A stretch of DNA of 25,631 nt from a virus (lineage: Duplodnaviria > Caudoviricetes): positions 1 to 25,631 of IMG/VR virus record IMGVR_UViG_3300015249_000003. The stretch is one strand, 5' to 3'. Of the stretch, positions 7,833 through 15,683 are shown in pieces. A program made the translations under genes and the position numbers. Positions within the stretch are counted from its first letter, which is position 1; the number at the start of each line of letters is the position of its first letter. The notes beneath the pieces were generated by a model. The model did no database searches. It saw nothing but the letters and a program-made list of their open reading frames with translations, and was not told the origin of the DNA.

Positions 7833-8306
7833 ATGATGTATGATGCGCAGGCGATGTTCTCCGACGCCCAGGCCGTGACCGCTGATGCGGTCGGCACCAA
7901 CGTGATCGACCTGTCCGTAGACCGCAGCATTGGCTCAGGGGAGCCCATGTGCGTGGTGTTCACGGTGGATGTCGCGGCCGACCAGACGACCGGCGATGAG
8001 GACTACACGTTCGATGTGGAGTACGCGAGCAATGCCGCGCAGTCCACGGGACGTCAGCTCATCGGCCGACGGGTGTTCGAGTCCGGTACGCCCACCGCGC
8101 CCGCCCAGGATGCGGACCTATTGGTCGCGGGGTTCCAGTTCGTGATTCCGATCCCACCGGTGAAGCTTTCCGAGAGTGAGCGCTACCTGGGGATTCGGTA
8201 TGACGTGACGGGCACGACTCCGACCATTACCTGCACGGCGTTCCTGACGGCTCTGTCGATGGTCCAGACGGATACCCAGTATCCGGACGCGATCACGGTC
8301 TCGTAA
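7833..8306 (+). CDS. Capsid cement/decoration protein (Bbp16-like)
   Basis: SD GAGGA at 7820-7824; motifs D...MFSDAQAVTA....TNVIDL and RYLGIRYDVTGT; located after the capsid gene. Confidence 0.85.
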   Translation: MMYDAQAMFSDAQAVTADAVGTNVIDLSVDRSIGSGEPMCVVFTVDVAADQTTGDEDYTFDVEYASNAAQSTGRQLIGRRVFESGTPTAPAQDADLLVAGFQFVIPIPPVKLSESERYLGIRYDVTGTTPTITCTAFLTALSMVQTDTQYPDAITVS

Positions 8307-8322
8307 GACTCCAGCTAACTTC

Positions 8323-8348
8323 GTGGGGCTTTGGGCCCCACTTGTTTC
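8323..8348 (+). terminator. Rho-independent terminator after the capsid/cement genes
   Basis: GTGGGGC-TTTGG-GCCCCAC stem followed by TTGTTTC. The interrupted U-tract suggests it is leaky. Confidence 0.65.
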
Positions 8349-8357
8349 GAGGTGCGT

Positions 8358-8642
8358 ATGTCCAAAGCAATCAAGGTCGAGGCCACGGAGCCCGGCTATT
8401 ACGTTTCGCTGCATGCGAAAGGCGAGACGTTCTTCATCAAGGACGAGCAGGCATTCTCCGAGCGCTGGATGAAGCGTGTTCCCGTCGCGGTAAAGCCCGA
8501 ACCGAAGTTCGTGCCGAAACCAACGCCTATCACGCCAGCTCCCGCCGCTACACATGTTCCGCCTGCGCATGTCCCGCACGTGTCTTCTGCCACTTTCACA
8601 CCCCCAGAGGTGACCCATGGCGGTCCTGCAAGTCCTGCTTGA
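8358..8642 (+). CDS. Hypothetical protein: small N-terminal domain plus Pro/His-rich tail
   Basis: SD GAGGTG precedes ATG 8358. Its GYY...GETF.I.D...FS.RWM motif is shared with the next gene. Confidence 0.7.
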   Translation: MSKAIKVEATEPGYYVSLHAKGETFFIKDEQAFSERWMKRVPVAVKPEPKFVPKPTPITPAPAATHVPPAHVPHVSSATFTPPEVTHGGPASPA

Positions 8643-9024
8643 GACGGAGCGGCCCGGCACGGTCGCGGTACGCGCCAAGGCGGCGCCGGGTCGAGAGATG
8701 GACGCCAAGCCCATTGCGGGCTTCTACGTGCGTCGTCGTTTCGCGGGTGAGACGTTCAAGATCAACGACTGGAAGGAGTTCTCGCCCCGGTGGATGGAGT
8801 TCATCGACGAACCTCCCGCGGAGTGGCTGACGAAGATCAAAGCTCGAGAGGGCGACATCGAGCTCATGGCCCAGAAGGCCGAGGAAGAAAACGCACTATC
8901 GCCTCGTGAGCAGATCATGCGACAGATGCTGTCCATGGCGCAGGTGGCGCAGGGTGGTGGTGGAGAAACGCAGACGATCAACCAGGCCACCGGCAAGGTG
9001 TCGGCCAAACGGGCGAGCGCGTAA
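8617..9024 (+). CDS. Hypothetical protein, paralogous to the preceding gene
   Basis: SD GAGGTG; contains GFYV....GETFKINDWKEFSPRWM. Confidence 0.75.
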   Translation: MAVLQVLLETERPGTVAVRAKAAPGREMDAKPIAGFYVRRRFAGETFKINDWKEFSPRWMEFIDEPPAEWLTKIKAREGDIELMAQKAEEENALSPREQIMRQMLSMAQVAQGGGGETQTINQATGKVSAKRASA

Positions 9025-9027
9025 TCC

Positions 9028-9408
9028 GTGGCCACGGTTGCCAAGACCATCCAGCGCGTAGACACCTTCCTCGATGACGCGCACGTCATCAGCTGGACGC
9101 CGCTCACGACGACCAATGCGGATGGCGAAGCCATCGAGATGCCCGGTTCCGCGGATCGCACGATCCAGTTCCTGGGCACGTTGGGAGCGGGCGGGACGAT
9201 TATCCTGCAGGGCTCCAACGTCTTGGCGCCCGTGGCCAGCACGGACGCGGATTGGTTCACGCTGACCGATCCTCAAGGAAACGCCATCAGCAAGACGGCT
9301 GCGGGGGGAGAGGCGGTGCTGGAGCTCACGCGCTGGATTCGCCCGAAGGTCACGGCGGGCGACGGTACGACGAGCCTCACGGCTTTGCTGTTGGTGAAAC
9401 GCAAATGA
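9028..9408 (+). CDS. Hypothetical beta-rich protein, probably virion-associated
   Basis: GTG start 3 nt after the upstream stop; Thr/Gly-rich; ATGA coupling to the next gene. Confidence 0.7.
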   Translation: MATVAKTIQRVDTFLDDAHVISWTPLTTTNADGEAIEMPGSADRTIQFLGTLGAGGTIILQGSNVLAPVASTDADWFTLTDPQGNAISKTAAGGEAVLELTRWIRPKVTAGDGTTSLTALLLVKRK

Positions 9409-9887
9409 GCGAGTACACCGAAGCTGCCTCGGCGGCCAGCAAGCTCACGGGCTTCATCGAGATGCTCGAGCGCGTTCGAACGGTGGTGGCCAAGGCCGCG
9501 CAGTTCGAACAGGAAGAGCAGGCAGCCAAGGATCGCGTGAAGGTCGCCAACGAGGCGGCGGTACAGGCCGAAGGCAAGCGCAAAGCAGCCCTTACCACGC
9601 TCACCACGGCTGAAGCGCAAGTCACCGCGACGCAAGGGCGGGCAACAGACCTCGAGCGCGTGGCCAAAGATCGTGCAGCGCAGATCGTATTGGAAGCGCA
9701 GATCCGGGCTGACGGGATCGAGACCCGCGCAAAGGAAGCTCTGACATCCGCCCAGGTGGTTCTGGCCAACGCGCAGGACGAGGCGCGCAAGGTCTCTGCC
9801 CAGACCGAGGCGGCGCGCGTGGAGCTCGCCGCCGTGCAAGAACAGATCGAGGCCGCCAAGGCGGACGCCCGCGCGCGGTTCGGGTGA
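9405..9887 (+). CDS. Ala-rich coiled-coil protein
   Basis: ATGA overlap at 9405-9408; continuous heptad-like A/E/K/Q sequence without Pro. Confidence 0.75.
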   Translation: MSEYTEAASAASKLTGFIEMLERVRTVVAKAAQFEQEEQAAKDRVKVANEAAVQAEGKRKAALTTLTTAEAQVTATQGRATDLERVAKDRAAQIVLEAQIRADGIETRAKEALTSAQVVLANAQDEARKVSAQTEAARVELAAVQEQIEAAKADARARFG

Positions 9888-9890
9888 ACC

Positions 9891-10538
9891 GTGGACCAGA
9901 CCGGCCTCTACAACTTGGCGCTCGGCCGGATCGGCGTTGGTCAGGCCGTCGCCTCCCCGACTGAGAATTCAGTCCCCGCCAAGACCTGCAACCGCTTCTA
10001 TGAACAGTGCCGGCAAGAAGTTCTGAGAGCCTTCCCGTGGGGCTTCGCCCTGCGCGCTGAGCCGCTTGCTCTCGTCTCGGGCCAGGCGTTCCCCGGCTGG
10101 TCCTGCGTGTACCAGTACCCGGACGATTGCCTCATGGTGCGGGCTGTGGCGGACGAGAATGGAATCCGGCGCGTTCGCTCGTCCTTCCTCATGAGCGACC
10201 GGAATTGCTGGAGCCAACTCACTCAGGTTCGCCAGCCGTGGCAGGTCGCTCTCAAGGATGACGGGGCAAGCCAGGTGCTGCTCACCGATGTGGCGGAAGC
10301 CTGGTCATTTCACACGTACGACGTGGAGAACACCGGAGCGTGGCCAGTCGACTTTGGGGGCGTGCTCGCTTGGCGTCTGGGTATGGAGGTGGGTGGTCCG
10401 CTTCAAGCCAAACGCGACCTCGTGGATGCGTGTGAACAGCGGTATGGGATGTGGCTGTCGAACGCAACGGCCGCCAGCATGAATGAGCAGCGGGACGACA
10501 CGCGCGCGGAGAGTCCGTCTATCACGTGTCGTTACTGA
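9891..10538 (+). CDS. Tail adaptor (tail tubular protein A, T7 gp11-like)
   Basis: Motifs NLALGRIG, C..FY...R.EVLR.FPWGFA and YQYPDDCL.VR; located before the nozzle gene. Confidence 0.85.
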   Translation: MDQTGLYNLALGRIGVGQAVASPTENSVPAKTCNRFYEQCRQEVLRAFPWGFALRAEPLALVSGQAFPGWSCVYQYPDDCLMVRAVADENGIRRVRSSFLMSDRNCWSQLTQVRQPWQVALKDDGASQVLLTDVAEAWSFHTYDVENTGAWPVDFGGVLAWRLGMEVGGPLQAKRDLVDACEQRYGMWLSNATAASMNEQRDDTRAESPSITCRY

Positions 10539-10539
10539 C

Positions 10540-13254
10540 ATGCCGAAGCTGTCTCAAGTCAGCTTTACGGGTGGAGAGGTATCTCCCAGTCTGTATTCCC
10601 GCGTAGATCTGGCGCGTTTCGCAAGCTCGCTCAGGACAGCCAAGAACTTCTTTATCCGTGCCACGGGTGGCGCCAGCAATCGCGCGGGCCTGCAATTCGT
10701 CTACGCGCTCGACCCTAATAGTCTTGCGACGCTCATTCCGTTCATCTTCTCCTCGGACCAGTCGTACATGTTGGTCTTCCAGGAGGATGAGGTTCGGGTT
10801 TTTGCCGATGGGAGCTTCGTCTACGACAGCACGGCCAACATCACGAATGTGACGGATGGGATTGTCAGCTCCCAACCGCGCCGAACGATCACGACCTCGA
10901 CTCCTCACCTGTTGGGCGTTGGACAGGATGCGATCATCGCGGGCATCACAGGGTCTGGGACGTTCGCCCCCAGTGGCACATTCGAAGTGCTCTCGATCGT
11001 CAGCACCACAGTGTTCCGTATTTTGGGCAGTGGCGATCCGAGTGGTTCGTATGTGTCGGGTGGCGCGGTGTCCATCTCCACCCCCATCGCAAGCCCTTAC
11101 CAGGGCGCAGAGCTTTCCGACCTGCGTTACACGCAGTCGGCCGATGTCCTCACGCTCACACACCAGAACTGGATTCCGCACGAGTTCATTCGGTTGACCG
11201 CTTCGACGTTCTCGCTGACGGACATCGATGACTTCGAGGGTGGTCCGTTCCTGGACGATAACACCTCGTCCACCACGATGAAGTCCAGCGCTGCAACGGG
11301 CACTGTCACGATCACCGCCTCAACGAGCGTATTCACCGCGGACCATATCGGTTCTCTCATTCGTCTATCGATGGAAGACCTCTCGGCTATTCCGCCGTGG
11401 GAGCCGAACAAGCATATCTCGGCTTCTGGCGTTGACCCGGACGGGGCGCTGCGTCGCTCAAGCGGAAAGGTCTACATCGCCGCGGGTAATGCTGCAGCTC
11501 CAAGCGCTGGCACCTATACCGGTACTGTCGCGCCGAATCATGACGAAGGCACCGAGAGCGACGGTGATGGCGGCCTATTGAACGGTACGGCCAACACCTG
11601 CGCTGGTGTGTCATGGGCCTATCTGCATTCACTGTTCGGCACCGCGCTGATCACGGCACAGGCCGGGACTACTGCCACAGCAACCGTGCTCGACTACATG
11701 CCGGTGGTAGATCCGGCCACGACCACCGTGTGGGCCTTGGGAGCGTGGAGTGAAGATCAGGGCTATCCGGCGTTGTGCACCTATTACCAGGATCGGTTGG
11801 TGTTCGCCAATACCCCAGAAGAGCCTCAGACCGAGTGGGCGAGCAAGACGGGTGATTATCATAATTTTGGCGTGTCGAGTCCGCTCGTCTCGAACGATGC
11901 GATCCGCCAGCCACTGAACGCCCGGCAGATCAATGCGATCGTCGAGCTCGTCCCGATGGACCAGTTGATCGCGCTCACCTCGAGTTCTTCGTGGGCGAGC
12001 CCTAAGCGAGGCGAAGCCTGGACGCCACTGACGATCGGGTATGACCCGCAATCCTTCGATGGCGCGGCCTTTCTGCGCGCGATCCTCACGGGGGACTCGG
12101 CGCTGTTCGTGCAGAACGGAGCAACCAAGGTCCGCGACTTGGGCTACCTCAGTGACAACGACAAGTTCCGCGGTGAAGAGCTAACGGTCCTCGCCCGTCA
12201 TCTGTTTGAGACCGCGACCATTGTCGACATGGATTACGCGAAGGAGCCGCACGGCATTCTGTGGATCATCCGCAGCGATGGGGCGCTCATTGGTCTGACC
12301 TACCTCAAAGAGCAGGAAGTCATAGGCTGGCATCGCCACGATACGCAAGGGTTCTTCGAACGCGTGTGCGTGATCCCGGAAGACGGTATCGATGTTCCGT
12401 ACTTCATCGTTCGCCGAACGGTCGGGGGCGCGACAGTGCGATACCTAGAGCGCATGGTGGTGAGGGACCGTACCGACATCCTGGATTCGTTCTTCGTAGA
12501 CTCCGGCCTCACTTACGATGGTCGCAATACGAGTGCCACAACGATCGCGATCTCTGGTGCCACGTATGCAGGGGGCGATACCGTCACCCTGACGGCCTCA
12601 GCCGCCACGTTCGCCAGCACGACCGACATCGGGGACGCCATCCAGTTTCCTCACGCGGACGGAAACGTGAGGGCAGAGATCACCGCCTGGACAAGCACTA
12701 CGGTTGTGACGGCAGTCCTTCAATCCCCGGTTCCCGCGGCCTTGCAGGCCACCGCCACGTCCATCTGGACGTTCGCGCGCGATACGTTCTCGGGCTTGGA
12801 TCACCTGGAGGGGATGGAGGTTGCGATTCTGGCCGATGGCTCCCACGAAGTACCGCAGACCGTCAGTGGTGGGCAGATCGTGCTCGCCTATGCGGCAGGC
12901 GTGGTGCACATCGGGCTCGCCTACGTCAGCGACATCGAAACGTTGGACGTCACGATCTTCGGGGCTTCCGAATCGATCCGCGATCGCGCGAAGGCCATCC
13001 CGAAGGTCTCGATTGTGGTGGAGAAGACGCTGGGTCTTCAGGCGGGACCAGATGAGGACAACCTCTACGACTGTGGCTTGCAGTCGGCAGACTTCGACTA
13101 CAACGCCCCGTGGGAGCTGCAGAGCGAGCCTCAGACGACCTATCTTGTGACGAGCTGGAACAAGAGCGGCCGCGTGCTTGTGCGGCAGGACAAGCCACTG
13201 CCTGCCACGGTACTGCAGATTTTGCCCACGGTTGAGATCGGTGGCGATGGTTAG
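10540..13254 (+). CDS. Tail nozzle (tail tubular protein B, T7 gp12-like)
   Basis: Start MPKLSQVSFTGGEVSPSLYSRVDL; motifs YTQSADVL, GYP..CTYYQDRLVFA, WASKTGDY.NF, GWHRHDT and GLDHLEG. Confidence 0.9.
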   Translation: MPKLSQVSFTGGEVSPSLYSRVDLARFASSLRTAKNFFIRATGGASNRAGLQFVYALDPNSLATLIPFIFSSDQSYMLVFQEDEVRVFADGSFVYDSTANITNVTDGIVSSQPRRTITTSTPHLLGVGQDAIIAGITGSGTFAPSGTFEVLSIVSTTVFRILGSGDPSGSYVSGGAVSISTPIASPYQGAELSDLRYTQSADVLTLTHQNWIPHEFIRLTASTFSLTDIDDFEGGPFLDDNTSSTTMKSSAATGTVTITASTSVFTADHIGSLIRLSMEDLSAIPPWEPNKHISASGVDPDGALRRSSGKVYIAAGNAAAPSAGTYTGTVAPNHDEGTESDGDGGLLNGTANTCAGVSWAYLHSLFGTALITAQAGTTATATVLDYMPVVDPATTTVWALGAWSEDQGYPALCTYYQDRLVFANTPEEPQTEWASKTGDYHNFGVSSPLVSNDAIRQPLNARQINAIVELVPMDQLIALTSSSSWASPKRGEAWTPLTIGYDPQSFDGAAFLRAILTGDSALFVQNGATKVRDLGYLSDNDKFRGEELTVLARHLFETATIVDMDYAKEPHGILWIIRSDGALIGLTYLKEQEVIGWHRHDTQGFFERVCVIPEDGIDVPYFIVRRTVGGATVRYLERMVVRDRTDILDSFFVDSGLTYDGRNTSATTIAISGATYAGGDTVTLTASAATFASTTDIGDAIQFPHADGNVRAEITAWTSTTVVTAVLQSPVPAALQATATSIWTFARDTFSGLDHLEGMEVAILADGSHEVPQTVSGGQIVLAYAAGVVHIGLAYVSDIETLDVTIFGASESIRDRAKAIPKVSIVVEKTLGLQAGPDEDNLYDCGLQSADFDYNAPWELQSEPQTTYLVTSWNKSGRVLVRQDKPLPATVLQILPTVEIGGDG

Positions 13255-13675
13255 CGTGCGCCCCACCCTTCCTGGAGACACGTGGCTGATTCTCGGCAGC
13301 CTGCGCGCGCCTGAAGTGGCCGAGTTCGATGCGCTGGGCGTGACGTCCGAAGACTGTATGCGCCTGGGCCTTTCGATGAGCGAGGCGTCTACGTTCTTCA
13401 TTGAGGGTGAGCCTGCGGGGATGTTCGGCGTTGCGGATTTTGGTGACTACCACGTCCCTTGGGGAGTCTTCACAACGGCGATCGATCGCAAACCGATAGC
13501 CTTTCTGCGCTTCGCAAAACGTTGGATGAAAAACATGAAGCGTCCTGCCGTGAACTACGTAGATATCCGCAACGAGCGTGCCGTGAGGTGGTTTGGCTGG
13601 CTCGGGTTTGAAGTCTCGCAGCCCGTACCCTACGGAATGAAGGGTGAGCTGTTCCGTCAAGTGAGCATGCCGTAA
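13247..13675 (+). CDS. T7 gp13-like / acetyltransferase-fold protein
   Basis: Motifs LR..EVAE, PAGMFGV and NYVDIRNERAVRWFGWLGF; located between the nozzle and the ejection proteins. Confidence 0.7.
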   Translation: MVSVRPTLPGDTWLILGSLRAPEVAEFDALGVTSEDCMRLGLSMSEASTFFIEGEPAGMFGVADFGDYHVPWGVFTTAIDRKPIAFLRFAKRWMKNMKRPAVNYVDIRNERAVRWFGWLGFEVSQPVPYGMKGELFRQVSMP

Positions 13676-14181
13676 TGGGATGGCTGCAGTTAATCGGTGG
13701 CGGCATTGATGCGGCGGGCAAGATGGCCCAAGGCAAGCAGGATGCCGCTACGGGGGAAACCAATCGCAGGCTCGCCGAGGCGCAAGGCAGCGATGCACTT
13801 GTGCGCGGAAGCATCGAGGAACAGCGCTACCGTCGAGAGATTGCACAGATCGTTGGGGCACAGAAGGCGGCTTTTGGCCAACGCAATGTCGCGGTCTCGG
13901 GAACCGCGCTCGACATCCTCAGCGATACCGCGCAGCTGGGCGAGGAAGATGCGCTCACCATTCGCAATAACGCCGCGCGTGAAGCCTGGGGCTACCGCAA
14001 CCAGGCGAGCGAAGCCAGCAGGTGGGGAGCTAACCAGAAGTCCAATGCCATGAGCGCCGCAGGGGGATCGCTCCTGACATCAGGCTCTCAGGCGTACGGC
14101 ATGTATGGCAATGAGTGGAAAGACAAATGGAACAGCCGTAACGACATCGCGCCCGTCAAGACGACCGTGAAGAAACGCTAG
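13675..14181 (+). CDS. Internal virion (ejection) protein, gp14-like
   Basis: Gly/Ala-rich; motifs A.DAL.RG, G.Q.A.F....V..SGTALDIL.DT and DALTIRNNAAREAWGY; TAATG coupling. Confidence 0.8.
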   Translation: MGWLQLIGGGIDAAGKMAQGKQDAATGETNRRLAEAQGSDALVRGSIEEQRYRREIAQIVGAQKAAFGQRNVAVSGTALDILSDTAQLGEEDALTIRNNAAREAWGYRNQASEASRWGANQKSNAMSAAGGSLLTSGSQAYGMYGNEWKDKWNSRNDIAPVKTTVKKR

Positions 14182-15683
14182 TGCAAGTTCCCACCCTACG
14201 AAACCAAGTAAGCCCGCAGGCCGCGCCGAACATCCAGCGCCGACCGCTGCAGTCCACCGTGGGTGACTCCATTGGCGCTGGGCTTTCCAACGCGGGCAAT
14301 GTATTCGCCCAGGTTCAACTGGATGAGCGGCGCAAGGCGGATCGTGCCGCATTCATGGAAGCGTCCGTTGCGCTGAGCAATGCAGAAAACTCGATCCTGT
14401 ATGACCCACAGAAAGGGGCGTTTACCCGTCGAGGTAAAGACGCTTTCGATCTTCCCAATCAGGTACTGCCCGAGCTCGACAAGCAGGCAGGCAAGATCTC
14501 TCAGGGACTGAAGACCGAAAGCCAACGCGCCGCCTTTGAGCAGGAGCTCAACCAGCGCCGCACGCAGATCTCCCGCGACCTCAATCAACACGAATATGGC
14601 GAGCGCGAGCGCTACTACGACGAGACAGACGAGGCGCTCATCTCATCCTCTGTCACGTCTGCTGCGCGTTCCGCAGACAACCCCGAGCGCATCTCCGAAG
14701 AGCTGAAGAAGCAGGAAGCCGTGCTCAATGGCATGGCCAAGCGCAAAGGCTGGGATGCAGCACAGACTGCCGAGAAACGCATCGCGATCGAGTCGAAGAC
14801 ACACGAGGCGGTCATTGGTCGGTTACTCGTGGAGAATCGCTACGATCAGGCCGGCCGGTACCTTGCCGTCAATGCCACGCGCATGCCGGATGCGGCCGTG
14901 GAGCAGATGCAGCGCCGGGTGATCCTGGAAGAAGAGCAGCAGTACCAGCGGCAGGAACGCGATCGCCGTCGGGCGGGTGATGAAGTCACGAAGAACGGTG
15001 ACCGGCTGTACGCAACCGGTACCCTGACGCCTGCGTGGATCGAGGCGAATCGAAAGGTGCTGAGCCCAGAGGACTATCGCTACTTCTATCGACAACTGAA
15101 GGGCGAGGGCAGCAGTGGGCCCAGCGACCCCATCCTGTACGCGGACCTGCGCGACAAGGCGGGGCGGGGTGAGGATGTTCGCATCGAAGCGCGTGAAGCC
15201 CTGCAGCGTGGCTCTATCGGTACGTCTGACTACGACCGCATCCTGGGTGAAGTCGAAGGCGAGCGGCCCGGCTGGTACAAGCGCGGGAAGGAGTTCATTT
15301 CAATCTCTTCTGGCGCCTCTGACATCAATCCTGATGTTGCAACCGCGCAAATCAAAGCGCGAATGATCAATGATTGGGACGAGTGGGTGCAGCAGAATCC
15401 TAAGGCTACTGATGAGGAAGCGCGCCAGGCCTCTAAGCGCATCGTGGAAGAATACGCTTTGGTTGGGCAGGAAAAGATCCTGCTGCTAAAGCGCTCACCG
15501 CTATTTCTCAAAGGATCTCGCACGCAGCCGGATATGGACGGCACCGCTGCCGAAACTGTCAAGGCGTTCGAAGAGGGTCGAATCGACCGGACGGAGTTTG
15601 AGCGCCAGGCCACGCTCATAAAGGAATGGGAAACCGCAATACGTCTTTCTGCAAAACCCAAGGCGAAGCCAGATGGCCGATGA
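14181..15683 (+). CDS. Internal virion (ejection) protein, gp15-like
   Basis: 500-aa helical charged protein, second in the ejection trio; TAGTG coupling; MQVPT start. Confidence 0.7.
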   Translation: MQVPTLRNQVSPQAAPNIQRRPLQSTVGDSIGAGLSNAGNVFAQVQLDERRKADRAAFMEASVALSNAENSILYDPQKGAFTRRGKDAFDLPNQVLPELDKQAGKISQGLKTESQRAAFEQELNQRRTQISRDLNQHEYGERERYYDETDEALISSSVTSAARSADNPERISEELKKQEAVLNGMAKRKGWDAAQTAEKRIAIESKTHEAVIGRLLVENRYDQAGRYLAVNATRMPDAAVEQMQRRVILEEEQQYQRQERDRRRAGDEVTKNGDRLYATGTLTPAWIEANRKVLSPEDYRYFYRQLKGEGSSGPSDPILYADLRDKAGRGEDVRIEAREALQRGSIGTSDYDRILGEVEGERPGWYKRGKEFISISSGASDINPDVATAQIKARMINDWDEWVQQNPKATDEEARQASKRIVEEYALVGQEKILLLKRSPLFLKGSRTQPDMDGTAAETVKAFEEGRIDRTEFERQATLIKEWETAIRLSAKPKAKPDGR

